From NCBI GenBank assembly GCA_035532215.1, contig DATKRK010000301.1, positions 1,181-65,180 on the forward strand: DNA of 64,000 nucleotides, written 5' to 3'. Of the stretch, positions 52,972-61,775 are shown piece after piece. This stretch comes from Pirellulales bacterium. Lineage in GTDB: Bacteria > Planctomycetota > Planctomycetia > Pirellulales > JAICIG01. Both the position numbers and the translations under genes were made by a program. Numbering within the stretch: position 1 is the stretch's first letter; every line of letters starts with the position of its first letter. The notes below the pieces were generated by a model. It saw only the letters and a program-made list of their open reading frames with translations. It had not been told where the DNA came from and did not search any database.

Positions 52972-53565
52972 ATGCAAATCGTACCGACTGAACTCGAAGG
53001 CGTGGTGATCGTCGAGCCAAAAGTCTTCGCCGACCCACGCGGCCTCTTCTTGGAAACCTGGAACGCCGAGCGCTACGCCGAAGCGGGCCTGCCCGCCGCG
53101 ATGGTCCAGGATAACTTGTCCAGCTCCGCGCGGGGCGTGCTGCGCGGCCTGCATTATCAGTCCCCCGAACCGCAAGGAAAGCTTGTCTACGTCCTCGCCG
53201 GCGCCGTGCTCGACGTGGCGGTTGACATTCGCTTCGGCTCGCCGACGTTCGGCCGCTGGACGGGCGTGGAACTATCCGCGGACAACCATCGCCAGCTCTT
53301 CGTTCCCGCGGGTTTTGCTCACGGTTTCTGTGCGACCAGCGAGCAGGCGCTGGTGGCCTACAAGTGTACGCACCCCTATCGCCCGCAGTACGACCGAGGC
53401 GTCGCCTGGAACGACCCCGAAATCGGCATTCGCTGGCCGACGGGCGCTCCGCTCCTTTCGGAAAAAGACTCCCGGGCGCCGTGGCTTTCGGACATCCCCG
53501 CCGAGTTGTTGCCGCGCTGGACGCCGGCCGAAACCGCCCGCCTCGGCTGTAAAGAGCAGGCATGA
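52972..53565 (+). CDS. rfbC: dTDP-4-dehydrorhamnose 3,5-epimerase
   Basis: MQIVPTELEGVVIVEPKVFADPRGLFLETW...LRGLHYQ...KLVYVLAGAVLDVAVDIR...FVPAGFAHGF. The start was moved to ATG 52972 to match the family N-terminus. Confidence 0.9.
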   Translation: MQIVPTELEGVVIVEPKVFADPRGLFLETWNAERYAEAGLPAAMVQDNLSSSARGVLRGLHYQSPEPQGKLVYVLAGAVLDVAVDIRFGSPTFGRWTGVELSADNHRQLFVPAGFAHGFCATSEQALVAYKCTHPYRPQYDRGVAWNDPEIGIRWPTGAPLLSEKDSRAPWLSDIPAELLPRWTPAETARLGCKEQA

Positions 53566-54626
53566 TCTTGTCGGCCTCCCAACGCATGGAAATCGAAGTC
53601 AGCGACGCCGCGCCCGCGGAGGACCAGATCCTTCGGCTATGCCGCTTGCCCGAGACTGCCGAGCTGCCGCCCAGCCGATTGCCCGCCTGGCCGGCGGTGT
53701 TGCGCGACGGACTGGGCCATCAGCCCTATTGGCTCACGGCGCGAGAAAATGGGCGCGTGGCGGGCGTTTTGCCGCTGTCGTTCGTTCACAGCCGGTTGTT
53801 CGGCCGCTTTCTCGTCAGCCTGCCCTATTTGAACTCGGCGGGCGTCGCGGCGACGAACGAGCAGGCTGCTACGATGCTCGTCGATCGGGCGGTGTCGCTG
53901 GCCGACGAATTGGACGTCCGCTACCTGGAACTACGCCAAGAACGGCGAATCGAGCACCCGGCGCTCGGCAGCGAAACCGCGAGCAAGGTCCACATGCGGC
54001 TGGCGCTGCCTGACTCGGCCGATTCGCTTTGGAATCAGCTCAAAGCCAAGGTGCGCAATCAGGTCCGCAAAGGCCGCGAGCCGGGCTTCGCCGTCGCTTG
54101 GGGAGGCGCGGAACGGCTCGACGAGTTTTACGCCGTTTTCAGCCGCAACATGCGCGACCTGGGCACGCCGGTCTACGGGCGCGGACTGTTTGCGGCGATC
54201 GTCAAACATTGCCCAGACGCGGCGGAGTTTTGCATCGTTTCGCACGACCAAAAGCCGATCGCCGCGGCGTTACTCGTGCATGGCGGCGGCATCACCGAAG
54301 TGCCCAGCGCCAGTTCGCTGCGCGAGTACAATTCGGCCAACGCCAACATGCTGATGTACTGGCATTTGCTAGAGCGGGCCATCGAGCGCGGCCAGAGCGT
54401 GTTCGATTTCGGCCGCAGCACGGTCGATGGCAACACGTATCGCTTCAAAAAGCAGTGGGGCGCCGAGCCCCATCCCGCCATTTGGCAATATTACGTGCGC
54501 CGCGGCGCCGTCGGCGACATGCGGCCCGAAAGCGCCCGCTACCAGCGCATGATCCGCCTCTGGCAGCGGCTGCCGGTGTGTGCCACGCGCTGGCTCGGCC
54601 CGGTGATCGTGCGCGGGATTCCGTAG
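53562..54626 (+). CDS. FemAB-related (GNAT-fold) protein, PEP-CTERM-system-associated type
   Basis: Size and the C-terminal FDFGRSTVDGNTYRFKKQWGAEP pattern. Its ATGA overlaps the rfbC stop. Confidence 0.8.
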   Translation: MILSASQRMEIEVSDAAPAEDQILRLCRLPETAELPPSRLPAWPAVLRDGLGHQPYWLTARENGRVAGVLPLSFVHSRLFGRFLVSLPYLNSAGVAATNEQAATMLVDRAVSLADELDVRYLELRQERRIEHPALGSETASKVHMRLALPDSADSLWNQLKAKVRNQVRKGREPGFAVAWGGAERLDEFYAVFSRNMRDLGTPVYGRGLFAAIVKHCPDAAEFCIVSHDQKPIAAALLVHGGGITEVPSASSLREYNSANANMLMYWHLLERAIERGQSVFDFGRSTVDGNTYRFKKQWGAEPHPAIWQYYVRRGAVGDMRPESARYQRMIRLWQRLPVCATRWLGPVIVRGIP

Positions 54627-54702
54627 CAGCGATTGATTCGCTCCTGATCCCGGAAGGGCGGGGCTTCGCGGTTGCACTGGGTACTGGGCCGCCGTCATCT
54701 TC

Positions 54703-54840
54703 GTGGCGCTGATCGCGGCGGCGTATTACCTGATCAGCCGCCGCGAAGCGGCTCAAGTGCTCGAAGAGGTCGAGCACGACGCGGCACATGCCGGCCCCGC
54801 GCAAGCGGAGGCGGGCCTCATCGCGATCGCGAACTCTTGA
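54703..54840 (+). CDS. possible small membrane protein or gene remnant
   Basis: This frame is open over 54637-54840 with strong G/C third-position bias and encodes ...GYWAAVIFVALIAAAYYLISRREAAQVLEEVEHDAAHAGPAQAEAGLIAIANS*. The only canonical start is GTG 54703, inside the hydrophobic helix. Confidence 0.3.
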   Translation: MALIAAAYYLISRREAAQVLEEVEHDAAHAGPAQAEAGLIAIANS

Positions 54841-55192
54841 CGGGGCCATCGATCGCCTTGGCTTCAAATCGTCTCGCGTCGGCATCTGCGGTTGCGTGAT
54901 GTCGCCTTTCGAGCGAGTCGCGCCGTCGGCGCCGCTGACTTTGTCTTACTGAAGCGGCGAGTTGGACTCGCTTCACGGCTCTTCATCCTCTTTCTGCTAT
55001 GGCGGCTCCTTTTGTCCCGCGCCCAAGCGAGCAACGGTCGTCCCCGACCCCTTGGACCAGACAGCCGGGTGCAGTTAATCTAAAAGCTCAGGCCCCGGAA
55101 GTCGCCGGGTACCCGGCTCACTCGGACGGCGAAGGTCCGGCGGCGCCCTCGGGGTCGAGTGCTTTTAGGCGTCACGCGAAGATCGGTCGAGT

Positions 55193-58100
55193 ATGAACTT
55201 TCATAAGCGCCTGAACCCCGCAACGGATCGCAGGGATGCGCCAGGGGACGTCTGCGGGCGTCGTCGCGCGCTGGCGGCGCAGGCCCTTTCGCTCGCGCTC
55301 GTGCTGCTGGCCGCGACCGGTTGCAATCCCCCGCCGAACGCCGGCCCGCGGTTTCTGCGGCAGATTGAGTGGGTCGGTCGCGGCACGTGGCTCAAGGCCG
55401 ATACGCACGTGCATACGCAGTTTTCCGACGGGGCCCATACCGTCTCGGAAGTCGCCGCCAAGGCCTCGGAGTTCGGCTGCGATGTGCTGGCGATCACCGA
55501 CCATGCCGATCGCGAATTGGGCGCCGGCACGCATGAGTATATCGAGGCCATCGCCGCGGCCCGCCGCGAGTTTACCGAACTGACGATTCTGGCCGGCATC
55601 GAGTGGAACATCCCGCCTTGGGGCGGCGACGAACACGCCGTGGTGCTGTTGCCGCCCGGCGATCGCGAAGGGCAATTGCTGGCCGAGTTCAAGGCGCGGT
55701 TCGACGACCTGGGGCGCGAGGAACACGACCCTGCGCTGGCCGACGAAGGGCTCGAATGGCTGGCTGGTCAGGCGGCGGAGGGCGTCGGCCCCGTAGCGAT
55801 TTACGAGCACCCCGGCCGCAAGCGACCGCGCGCCGGGCAGGTCCTCGGCGAATTGCGGCGTTGGCGGGCCGTGAACGACGTGATGGTCGGCTTTTCCGGT
55901 GCACCGGGGCATCAGGCCATGCAGCCCTTGGGCGCGTATCGCGGGACGCTCAAGCCGGTCGATCGCTGGGACCCGGCGGCGGCCAGCGTAGGCGACGCCT
56001 GGGACCGCTTGCTCCAGCAGGGCATCGATGTCTGGGCCGCGTATGCGCCGTCTGATTTTCACGACGACCGCGGCGACGGCTTGGGCGATTATTGGCCGGG
56101 CGAGTTTTCCGAGACTTGGCTTTACGCCCCCGAGCGCTCGGCGGCCGGCGCCCTGCAAGCGCTGCGGGCCGGAACGTTCTTCGGCGTACACGGCCACATC
56201 GCCCGCGACGTGGAGTTGCGCGTTGAAGCCACCGGCTTGCCTCGCGCCGCGGTTGCAGGCGAAGCGATCGAAGCGGCGCCGGGAACCGAGTTGACCGTCG
56301 AACTATCAATGCTGACCGCCGACGTCGATTGGCAGGGCCGGCCCAGCCGCATCGACGAGATCGAGCTGATCGGCATCACGCCGAGCGGCGCGAAAACGCT
56401 GGCCAGTTGCCCGCCTGACGCTGGCGGCCGTACGCGATTGATAACCATCGATACGCCAGCCGACGGAATCGTACTCAGAGCCCGCGGCCGGCGGATCGTC
56501 GAAGACGGCCCCGATTTGATGTTCTATACCAACCCAATCCGCGTGACGACGACCGCAGGCTCGAATCGGCGTCTCGATCGATTCGCCGCTTCCGGCGTCA
56601 ATCGATTCGCGGCGAGCGCCGCCGCCCGGCCAGCGCCGCAGGGCGATTCGCCGTCGGCGCGCAGCGCCAATCGGTCGCTGTTGCAGTTCTTGTTTCGACC
56701 GGTGGCGCTAGTCAACGTGGGCGGCTTAGCGATCGGCGGCGCAGTGCTGCTCTTGTTGGGAGGGACGCGGCGCAGCGCGCGCGGCGCTCCCGCGAATCGC
56801 CCGGCTTCGGGCGCAATCGATTCCGGCGCGCCAGCTCCTGCGCGGACGACGGTCGCCGCCCCGCGACCCGGCCACTTCTTCTTCGCCTGGCTGGGCTTCG
56901 CGGCGTTCGCGGTTTACGGATCGTGGGTGCCGCTCAATTTTCGGCCCTTGCCGTGGGCGGAAGCCGTGACTCGCTTTCGAGCGATACCTTTCTTGCACCT
57001 GTCGATCGGATCCCGCGCCGACTGGGTTGCGAATATTCTACTGTTCGTGCCGATCGGCTTTTGCGGCTTGGGCGCGTGCGTCTGCGATCGCCGCGGTCGG
57101 CTGTTGAAAATGGGCGCGACCCTGGCCGTGATTGGCCTTTGCGTGGCGCTGAGCGTATCCGTCGAATTCAGCCAGCTCTGGTTTCCCGGGCGAACGGTCT
57201 CGCAGAACGATATCGTGGCGGAAACGATGGGCGGCACGGCCGGAGCCGCGTTATGGCTGTTCGTCGGCGAGCGGTTAACCGCCTGGCTTCGCTCGTTCGC
57301 CGTCCGCAAGGACAGCGGGCGGCAGTTTGATTGGCTGCTGCAAGCGTATCTGCTGGGGCTCGTTCTGTATTCGTTGTTCCCCCTTGACCTGACGATCAGT
57401 CCGGCCGAACTCTGGCATAAATACCGCGAGGGCAAGTTCCGCCTGCTTCCGTTCGCCGACGTGCAGTTTACCGTCGAAGGCTGCTTCGCGCTGGCCAGCG
57501 ACGTCCTGCTGTTCCTGCCGGTCGGCATGCTGGCCCCGACCGCCTTTCGCAGTCCTGACCGCCCGGTCCGTTCGCTCTTCCGAAGCCTTATCGCCGGCTT
57601 GGCAGTGGCGGGGGGGATTGAACTCGCCCAGACGTTCGTCTATAGCCGTTACGTCGACGTGACGGAGTTGATTACAGCCGCAATCGGCATCGCAGCGGGC
57701 GCCGCCTGGCGGCGAAGACGGCTCGCGCGGCCGGGCGATTCGCCGTTGTCCCGGACGAGCCGAAGGTGGTTGTGCGCCGTGCATCTGCTGGCATTTGTCG
57801 CCTATGCGGCGTTTTTGGCCGCGTTTTTCGTGCTGCCGTTCGATTTCATCGAAGATGCCGCGCGAATTGAGCCCCGCTGGCAGAATTTCTTCGGCGTCCC
57901 GTTGAGTAGTTTATATTTCAGCACGGAATACAACGCCCTGACACAAGTCTTGCGCAAAGGGCTGCTGTTTGCGCCGCTGGGTTATCTCGCCGTTCGCATC
58001 ACCGCCTTGGGGCGCCTGGGCGGCTGGGCGCGGATGGCGGCGCTGGCGTTGTGTTTGGGCGCGGCTTTCGCTTTGGCGTTTGGCATCGAGTACGCCCAGA

Positions 58101-58993
58101 TCTGGCGCGACGACACGACGGCCAACTTTACGGACGTGCTGCTTTGCACCTTCGGCGCCGCCGCGGCGCTGGCCTTGACGCTGCGCGTCGAAAACGCGTC
58201 GCAGCACGCCCCTAGGCGGTCTTCGTCGACCGCGCCCGAGCCAGCAGCGACGAATCGCGGGCTGGCCCGGCTCCCCCTTGCCAGCGCCGGCTGGATACTA
58301 ATGGCAGGGGGCGTGCTGCTGGTCGGCTCCGGGCTGAGCGCCGCGTGGGGCGGCGCCAATTGGCAAGGAGTTGGCCGCCCTGCGAGCGAGGCGGATACGG
58401 CGTCCCCTGGATCGTATACTTCGCCCTCGTCCGATCCGAACCTGGTCTTCACGCGTCTGCCCGCCGAACCTCATCGCGCGCCGGAACTGACGGCGATTGA
58501 ATTGCCGACGTTTGCGGGAGCCTATGCGATCTGGGGCGCCAGCGGGCGCGACGATCGCGGGCATATCTGGCTGGGCGTCAGCGCGGCGGGCGTGGAGCAG
58601 CCTTCGGCCCATCTCATGGAACTGGATCCTGACAGCGGCGCCGTGTTCGATCGCGGCGACGCGCTGGACCAACTGCGCCGGGCCGGCCTGCTGCGGCCGG
58701 GCGAGGGGCAGATGAAAATCCATTCCAAGATCGTCCAGGCAGCCGATGGCACGCTCTATTTCGCCTCGATGGACGAACAGGGGGAAAGCGACTCGGCCCG
58801 ACGTCTGCCACGCTGGGGTTCGCACTGCTGGCGGCTGCGCCCCGGCGACGAAACTTGGGAGCACCTGTTCGCGGCGCCCGAGGGCCTGATCGCCGTCGCC
58901 GAAGCAGGAACGCAGGTCTACGCCTTGGGATATTTCGACCATGTGCTCTATCAAACCAGATCCGGGTTCGTCGTCGATTGGGCGATGACCTGA
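55193..58993 (+). CDS. 1266-aa fusion: signal/lipobox + PHP-family phosphoesterase domain + three VanZ-like membrane modules + C-terminal beta-propeller-like domain
   Basis: LVLLAATGC (lipobox-like). PHP motifs DTHVHTQFSDG and LAITDHA. VanZ-like motifs occur three times (LLFVPIGF...EFSQLWFPGRTVSQNDIVAETMGGTAGA; LLFLPVGM...ELAQTFVYSRYVDVTELITAAIGIAAGA; LLFAPLGY...EYAQIWRDDTTANFTDVLLCTFGAAAA). The C-terminus reads DGTLYFASMDEQ...QVYALGYFDHVLYQ. Confidence 0.8.
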   Translation: MNFHKRLNPATDRRDAPGDVCGRRRALAAQALSLALVLLAATGCNPPPNAGPRFLRQIEWVGRGTWLKADTHVHTQFSDGAHTVSEVAAKASEFGCDVLAITDHADRELGAGTHEYIEAIAAARREFTELTILAGIEWNIPPWGGDEHAVVLLPPGDREGQLLAEFKARFDDLGREEHDPALADEGLEWLAGQAAEGVGPVAIYEHPGRKRPRAGQVLGELRRWRAVNDVMVGFSGAPGHQAMQPLGAYRGTLKPVDRWDPAAASVGDAWDRLLQQGIDVWAAYAPSDFHDDRGDGLGDYWPGEFSETWLYAPERSAAGALQALRAGTFFGVHGHIARDVELRVEATGLPRAAVAGEAIEAAPGTELTVELSMLTADVDWQGRPSRIDEIELIGITPSGAKTLASCPPDAGGRTRLITIDTPADGIVLRARGRRIVEDGPDLMFYTNPIRVTTTAGSNRRLDRFAASGVNRFAASAAARPAPQGDSPSARSANRSLLQFLFRPVALVNVGGLAIGGAVLLLLGGTRRSARGAPANRPASGAIDSGAPAPARTTVAAPRPGHFFFAWLGFAAFAVYGSWVPLNFRPLPWAEAVTRFRAIPFLHLSIGSRADWVANILLFVPIGFCGLGACVCDRRGRLLKMGATLAVIGLCVALSVSVEFSQLWFPGRTVSQNDIVAETMGGTAGAALWLFVGERLTAWLRSFAVRKDSGRQFDWLLQAYLLGLVLYSLFPLDLTISPAELWHKYREGKFRLLPFADVQFTVEGCFALASDVLLFLPVGMLAPTAFRSPDRPVRSLFRSLIAGLAVAGGIELAQTFVYSRYVDVTELITAAIGIAAGAAWRRRRLARPGDSPLSRTSRRWLCAVHLLAFVAYAAFLAAFFVLPFDFIEDAARIEPRWQNFFGVPLSSLYFSTEYNALTQVLRKGLLFAPLGYLAVRITALGRLGGWARMAALALCLGAAFALAFGIEYAQIWRDDTTANFTDVLLCTFGAAAALALTLRVENASQHAPRRSSSTAPEPAATNRGLARLPLASAGWILMAGGVLLVGSGLSAAWGGANWQGVGRPASEADTASPGSYTSPSSDPNLVFTRLPAEPHRAPELTAIELPTFAGAYAIWGASGRDDRGHIWLGVSAAGVEQPSAHLMELDPDSGAVFDRGDALDQLRRAGLLRPGEGQMKIHSKIVQAADGTLYFASMDEQGESDSARRLPRWGSHCWRLRPGDETWEHLFAAPEGLIAVAEAGTQVYALGYFDHVLYQTRSGFVVDWAMT

Positions 58994-60912
58994 ATCGGAT
59001 AGGTCCCGCCTTGCGTGCCAGACGCCGGAGTGACGGTCACTTTTCCAGTATGGTCGATCGTCACTGTCCAACCCGGCGGCGCGTTGGCCGTCAGGTTGTA
59101 TGTGTCGGCGAAACTGGTTTGGACGTTGGCGTCGAACGAGACCGGCGTATTCTGGTCCGTCGAAAGCGCAGCGGGGCTTGGCGCCACCGTCAGCAAGTTG
59201 GCCACATTGCCGTTGAGCGTCACGGCGTCCGTGCCATCGCCATTGGCCGAAACATCGATCGTGCCGTCATAGCCGGTCAACGTCGTTTCGTTAGCGGTGT
59301 CGAGGGGCGCTCCGCCCACGCTCAAATTGCCGGTCCCCGGCCCAAGCTGAACCGTGCCGCCGCTGGCCGTAATCGAAACTGAGCCGGCGAAATTGGGCGA
59401 CGTCGTCAGTCCGCTGCCCGAGAGCGAGGCCGAATTGGTTGCGATCGTATACGTGCCCGCGGGCAGCGGTTGGCCGTTGAGCGTCAGCGCTCCGTCGGGT
59501 ACGGTCAGCGATATCGATAGGTTTCCAGTGGCGGTCGCGGAATAACTTTCCCAATTGCCGCTGGCGCCGACGTTAGATTCGGCCGGACCGTAGAACGACA
59601 AGCTGCCGCTGCCATTGATCGCGTACGAGCCGTTTCCAACTATCAATACGGCAGAGGCTGCCGTGGTCGAAACTGCAACTTCGCCTGTACCTAGATTTGC
59701 GCCCCCCAGGGCCCGCCAACGCGGCAGCAGACGCGTGGAGCGAGGATGCAAGAAAACCGGCGGCTACGTCGCTCGCCCAGGATGCTGTGATTTGGCCCGC
59801 AGCCACTGCGCGAGGCGCTGACAGGGCGCCGCGGACTTGGCCGGCCGCCTGAGTCGGACTGAGTCCAGTTTTCCTACCGGCCGAATTCGGAGGCGTATTC
59901 GGAAAGGGAACGTTCAGACCTGTTGTCATCGTCGCCAATGGCGGGTCGATAGGCAACCGCGGAGCAACAAACGCGTCGAAGCCGGCATTCAGGACTGTGG
60001 AGATGATGCCGGCGATTAAAATCTCCTCGATAAAGAATCCGACCAGAGCCCCAAACAAGAGACCCTCCACGATGCCTTTGGCAATGTCTACGTTTGTCGG
60101 CCCTCCCTTGGCGGCGGTGGATAGTTGAGTGAAGACAACGCCCGTGCCGTAGATGGCGACATAGAGCGCAATGCCTTGATATTCGCCGCTCTGGCTCTCG
60201 GCAATTGTTTCCCCAGTGACGGGATTGAAGTCGAACCAAGCGACCGTGGGCGTCCCGTCGACCTGAACCGACTTTGTCGGGACGACCACGGTCAGACCGC
60301 TCTGGATCGCTGCCGTGATTCGGGCGGTGGCGTCGGGCGTGCTGGCCAACAGCGCGGGAGCGATCGCCGTCGAGCGCAGCGTGGCGGGCGCGGTCGTCCA
60401 AAAACCATGCCTGCGTCGAGCGTGCCGTAGGCCGCAGCCCCCGTGTCGAGCGTCGTGGGAATTGGATCGGCGAGGGACACCGTGAGCGTCACGCTCGCGC
60501 GATCGTATGGCTGGATCGTCCCCAAGCTCCAGGCCAACTGCTGGCCGTTCTGGTCGGGCAGTTGCGACGCGCTGGAAAATGTCACGCGCGAAGCGAGCGT
60601 ATCCGTCAAGAGTACGCCCGTAATTGGATTCGCCGCCTGGTTGTAGACCGTGAGCGTGAGCGTCTTCTGGTGATTCTGCACGTCGGGGACGTCATAGGCC
60701 GAAAGGGTGCGGCCGACGACGATCGTCGGCGGGGCGGCGCCGCCGATATCGAGCATCAGCCGCGGTTCCAGCGGTTGAAACAGGGAAGTTCGCATCTCGA
60801 GCGAGCCGAAAAGCGCTTCGCGTCGCCTTCGCCTTGCCGCCGGCGATCCGCTCCCGAAACGCCCCCACGCATTACGTCGCCCCCGGAATCTTCTCATGAA
60901 GCGCCATGACAT
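58951..60912 (-). pseudogene. secreted surface/adhesin-like protein gene interrupted by two compensating frameshifts and apparently lacking its 3' end
   Basis: Three consecutive minus-strand ORFs (60292-61170, 59573-60349, 58951-59751) read as one protein: MSWRFMRRFRGRR...LEPRLMLD signal-like N-terminus, a DUF11-like repeat (TLTLTVYNQAANPITGVLLTDTL...), then Gly/Thr/Asn-rich beta-strand repeats. The frame changes occur at the A5 run 60400-60404 and the C6 run 59702-59707. Confidence 0.7.
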
Positions 60913-61775
60913 CGTTCTCCGTACAGGCTCTCGCAGCCGATGACCGTAACCGCAAACAGATGCACCCCACATTCGTCCTCTGTCAAATTGACGCGAAACC
61001 AAGCCATCCATGACCTCCCTGCCAACGCCTCGCCATCCTCCTCGACGGCGACAGAATAGCCTTGTACAACAAATTGAAAAGCAGCGGAACACTTCATTCA
61101 TCGCCGCGAGGGGTATAAAGTCGCCTGCACATGATGCTCGAATGGCGTTCGCGGAGGGCCGGCGGCGCATTCAAGCGCGGCGAGCGCGGCCGCCGCGTCC
61201 AAGCCGGGCGCATGACCTCCGCCGAATCTCTTGAAGCGGCCCCCGAGGATCGCGCGCTGGCGGTCGAGTGCGAACCGCTGTCTAGCGCGTGGGACTATTG
61301 CGGCGGGATGAGAGCCGCCGCCAGGCGAACGTCGCGACGCGGCAGACGCCGCTGGGCATCAAGTCGCCTTTTTTTCGCTTGGCTGCGGATGGCGGTTTCC
61401 GCTTCGCCGGGCAGAGAACGCTTTGGATCGACTCGCCGCGCACGTGGCTGCGTCGGCGCGGGCCTGGTTCGGATCGTCAGCCGGAAAGGCTCCCTGCGCA
61501 ATTCGAAGGCGCCGGCCGCGAGCCGCCGGGTCGCCCGCCCGGCGGCTCGATGGTTCAATGACACCAAGTTGCCAAAGAGCGACGCATCCGAAGTTAGGCT
61601 CGGGGATATCGAAGCCGCTGGGAGCGGCAGGCCCTCCGCCCGCCGCCCCGAGCCGAGACCGGCGACGGCGGCCCCCGCGCGGGCTCCGTGCGCAGGATGC
61701 GCCTTGGCCCGTGGCACATCCGCCCCAGGCGATCGCGTGCTGCACGACGCAGGACATGCGCCGCGACGAGGCCGA

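Noticed and set aside
52883-54013. Overlapping ORFs 52883-53587 (-) and 53183-54013 (+)
   Set aside because: Both overlap rfbC and the FemAB-like gene in other frames and are Arg/Pro-rich. rfbC motifs (RGLHYQ, FVPAGFAHGF) identify the true frame.
55172-56197. 341-aa minus-strand ORF antisense to the PHP domain
   Set aside because: It is Arg/Ala/Gly/Pro-rich low-complexity translation, typical of antisense shadow ORFs in high-GC DNA. The + strand frame carries clear PHP motifs.
55193-56200. PHP domain as the cognate phosphotyrosine phosphatase (CpsB/Wzh-like) of the BY-kinase at 9350-11650
   Set aside because: The motifs match general TrpH/PolX-type PHP domains, and the domain follows a signal/lipobox-like sequence. 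That would place it outside the cytoplasm, away from the kinase domain.
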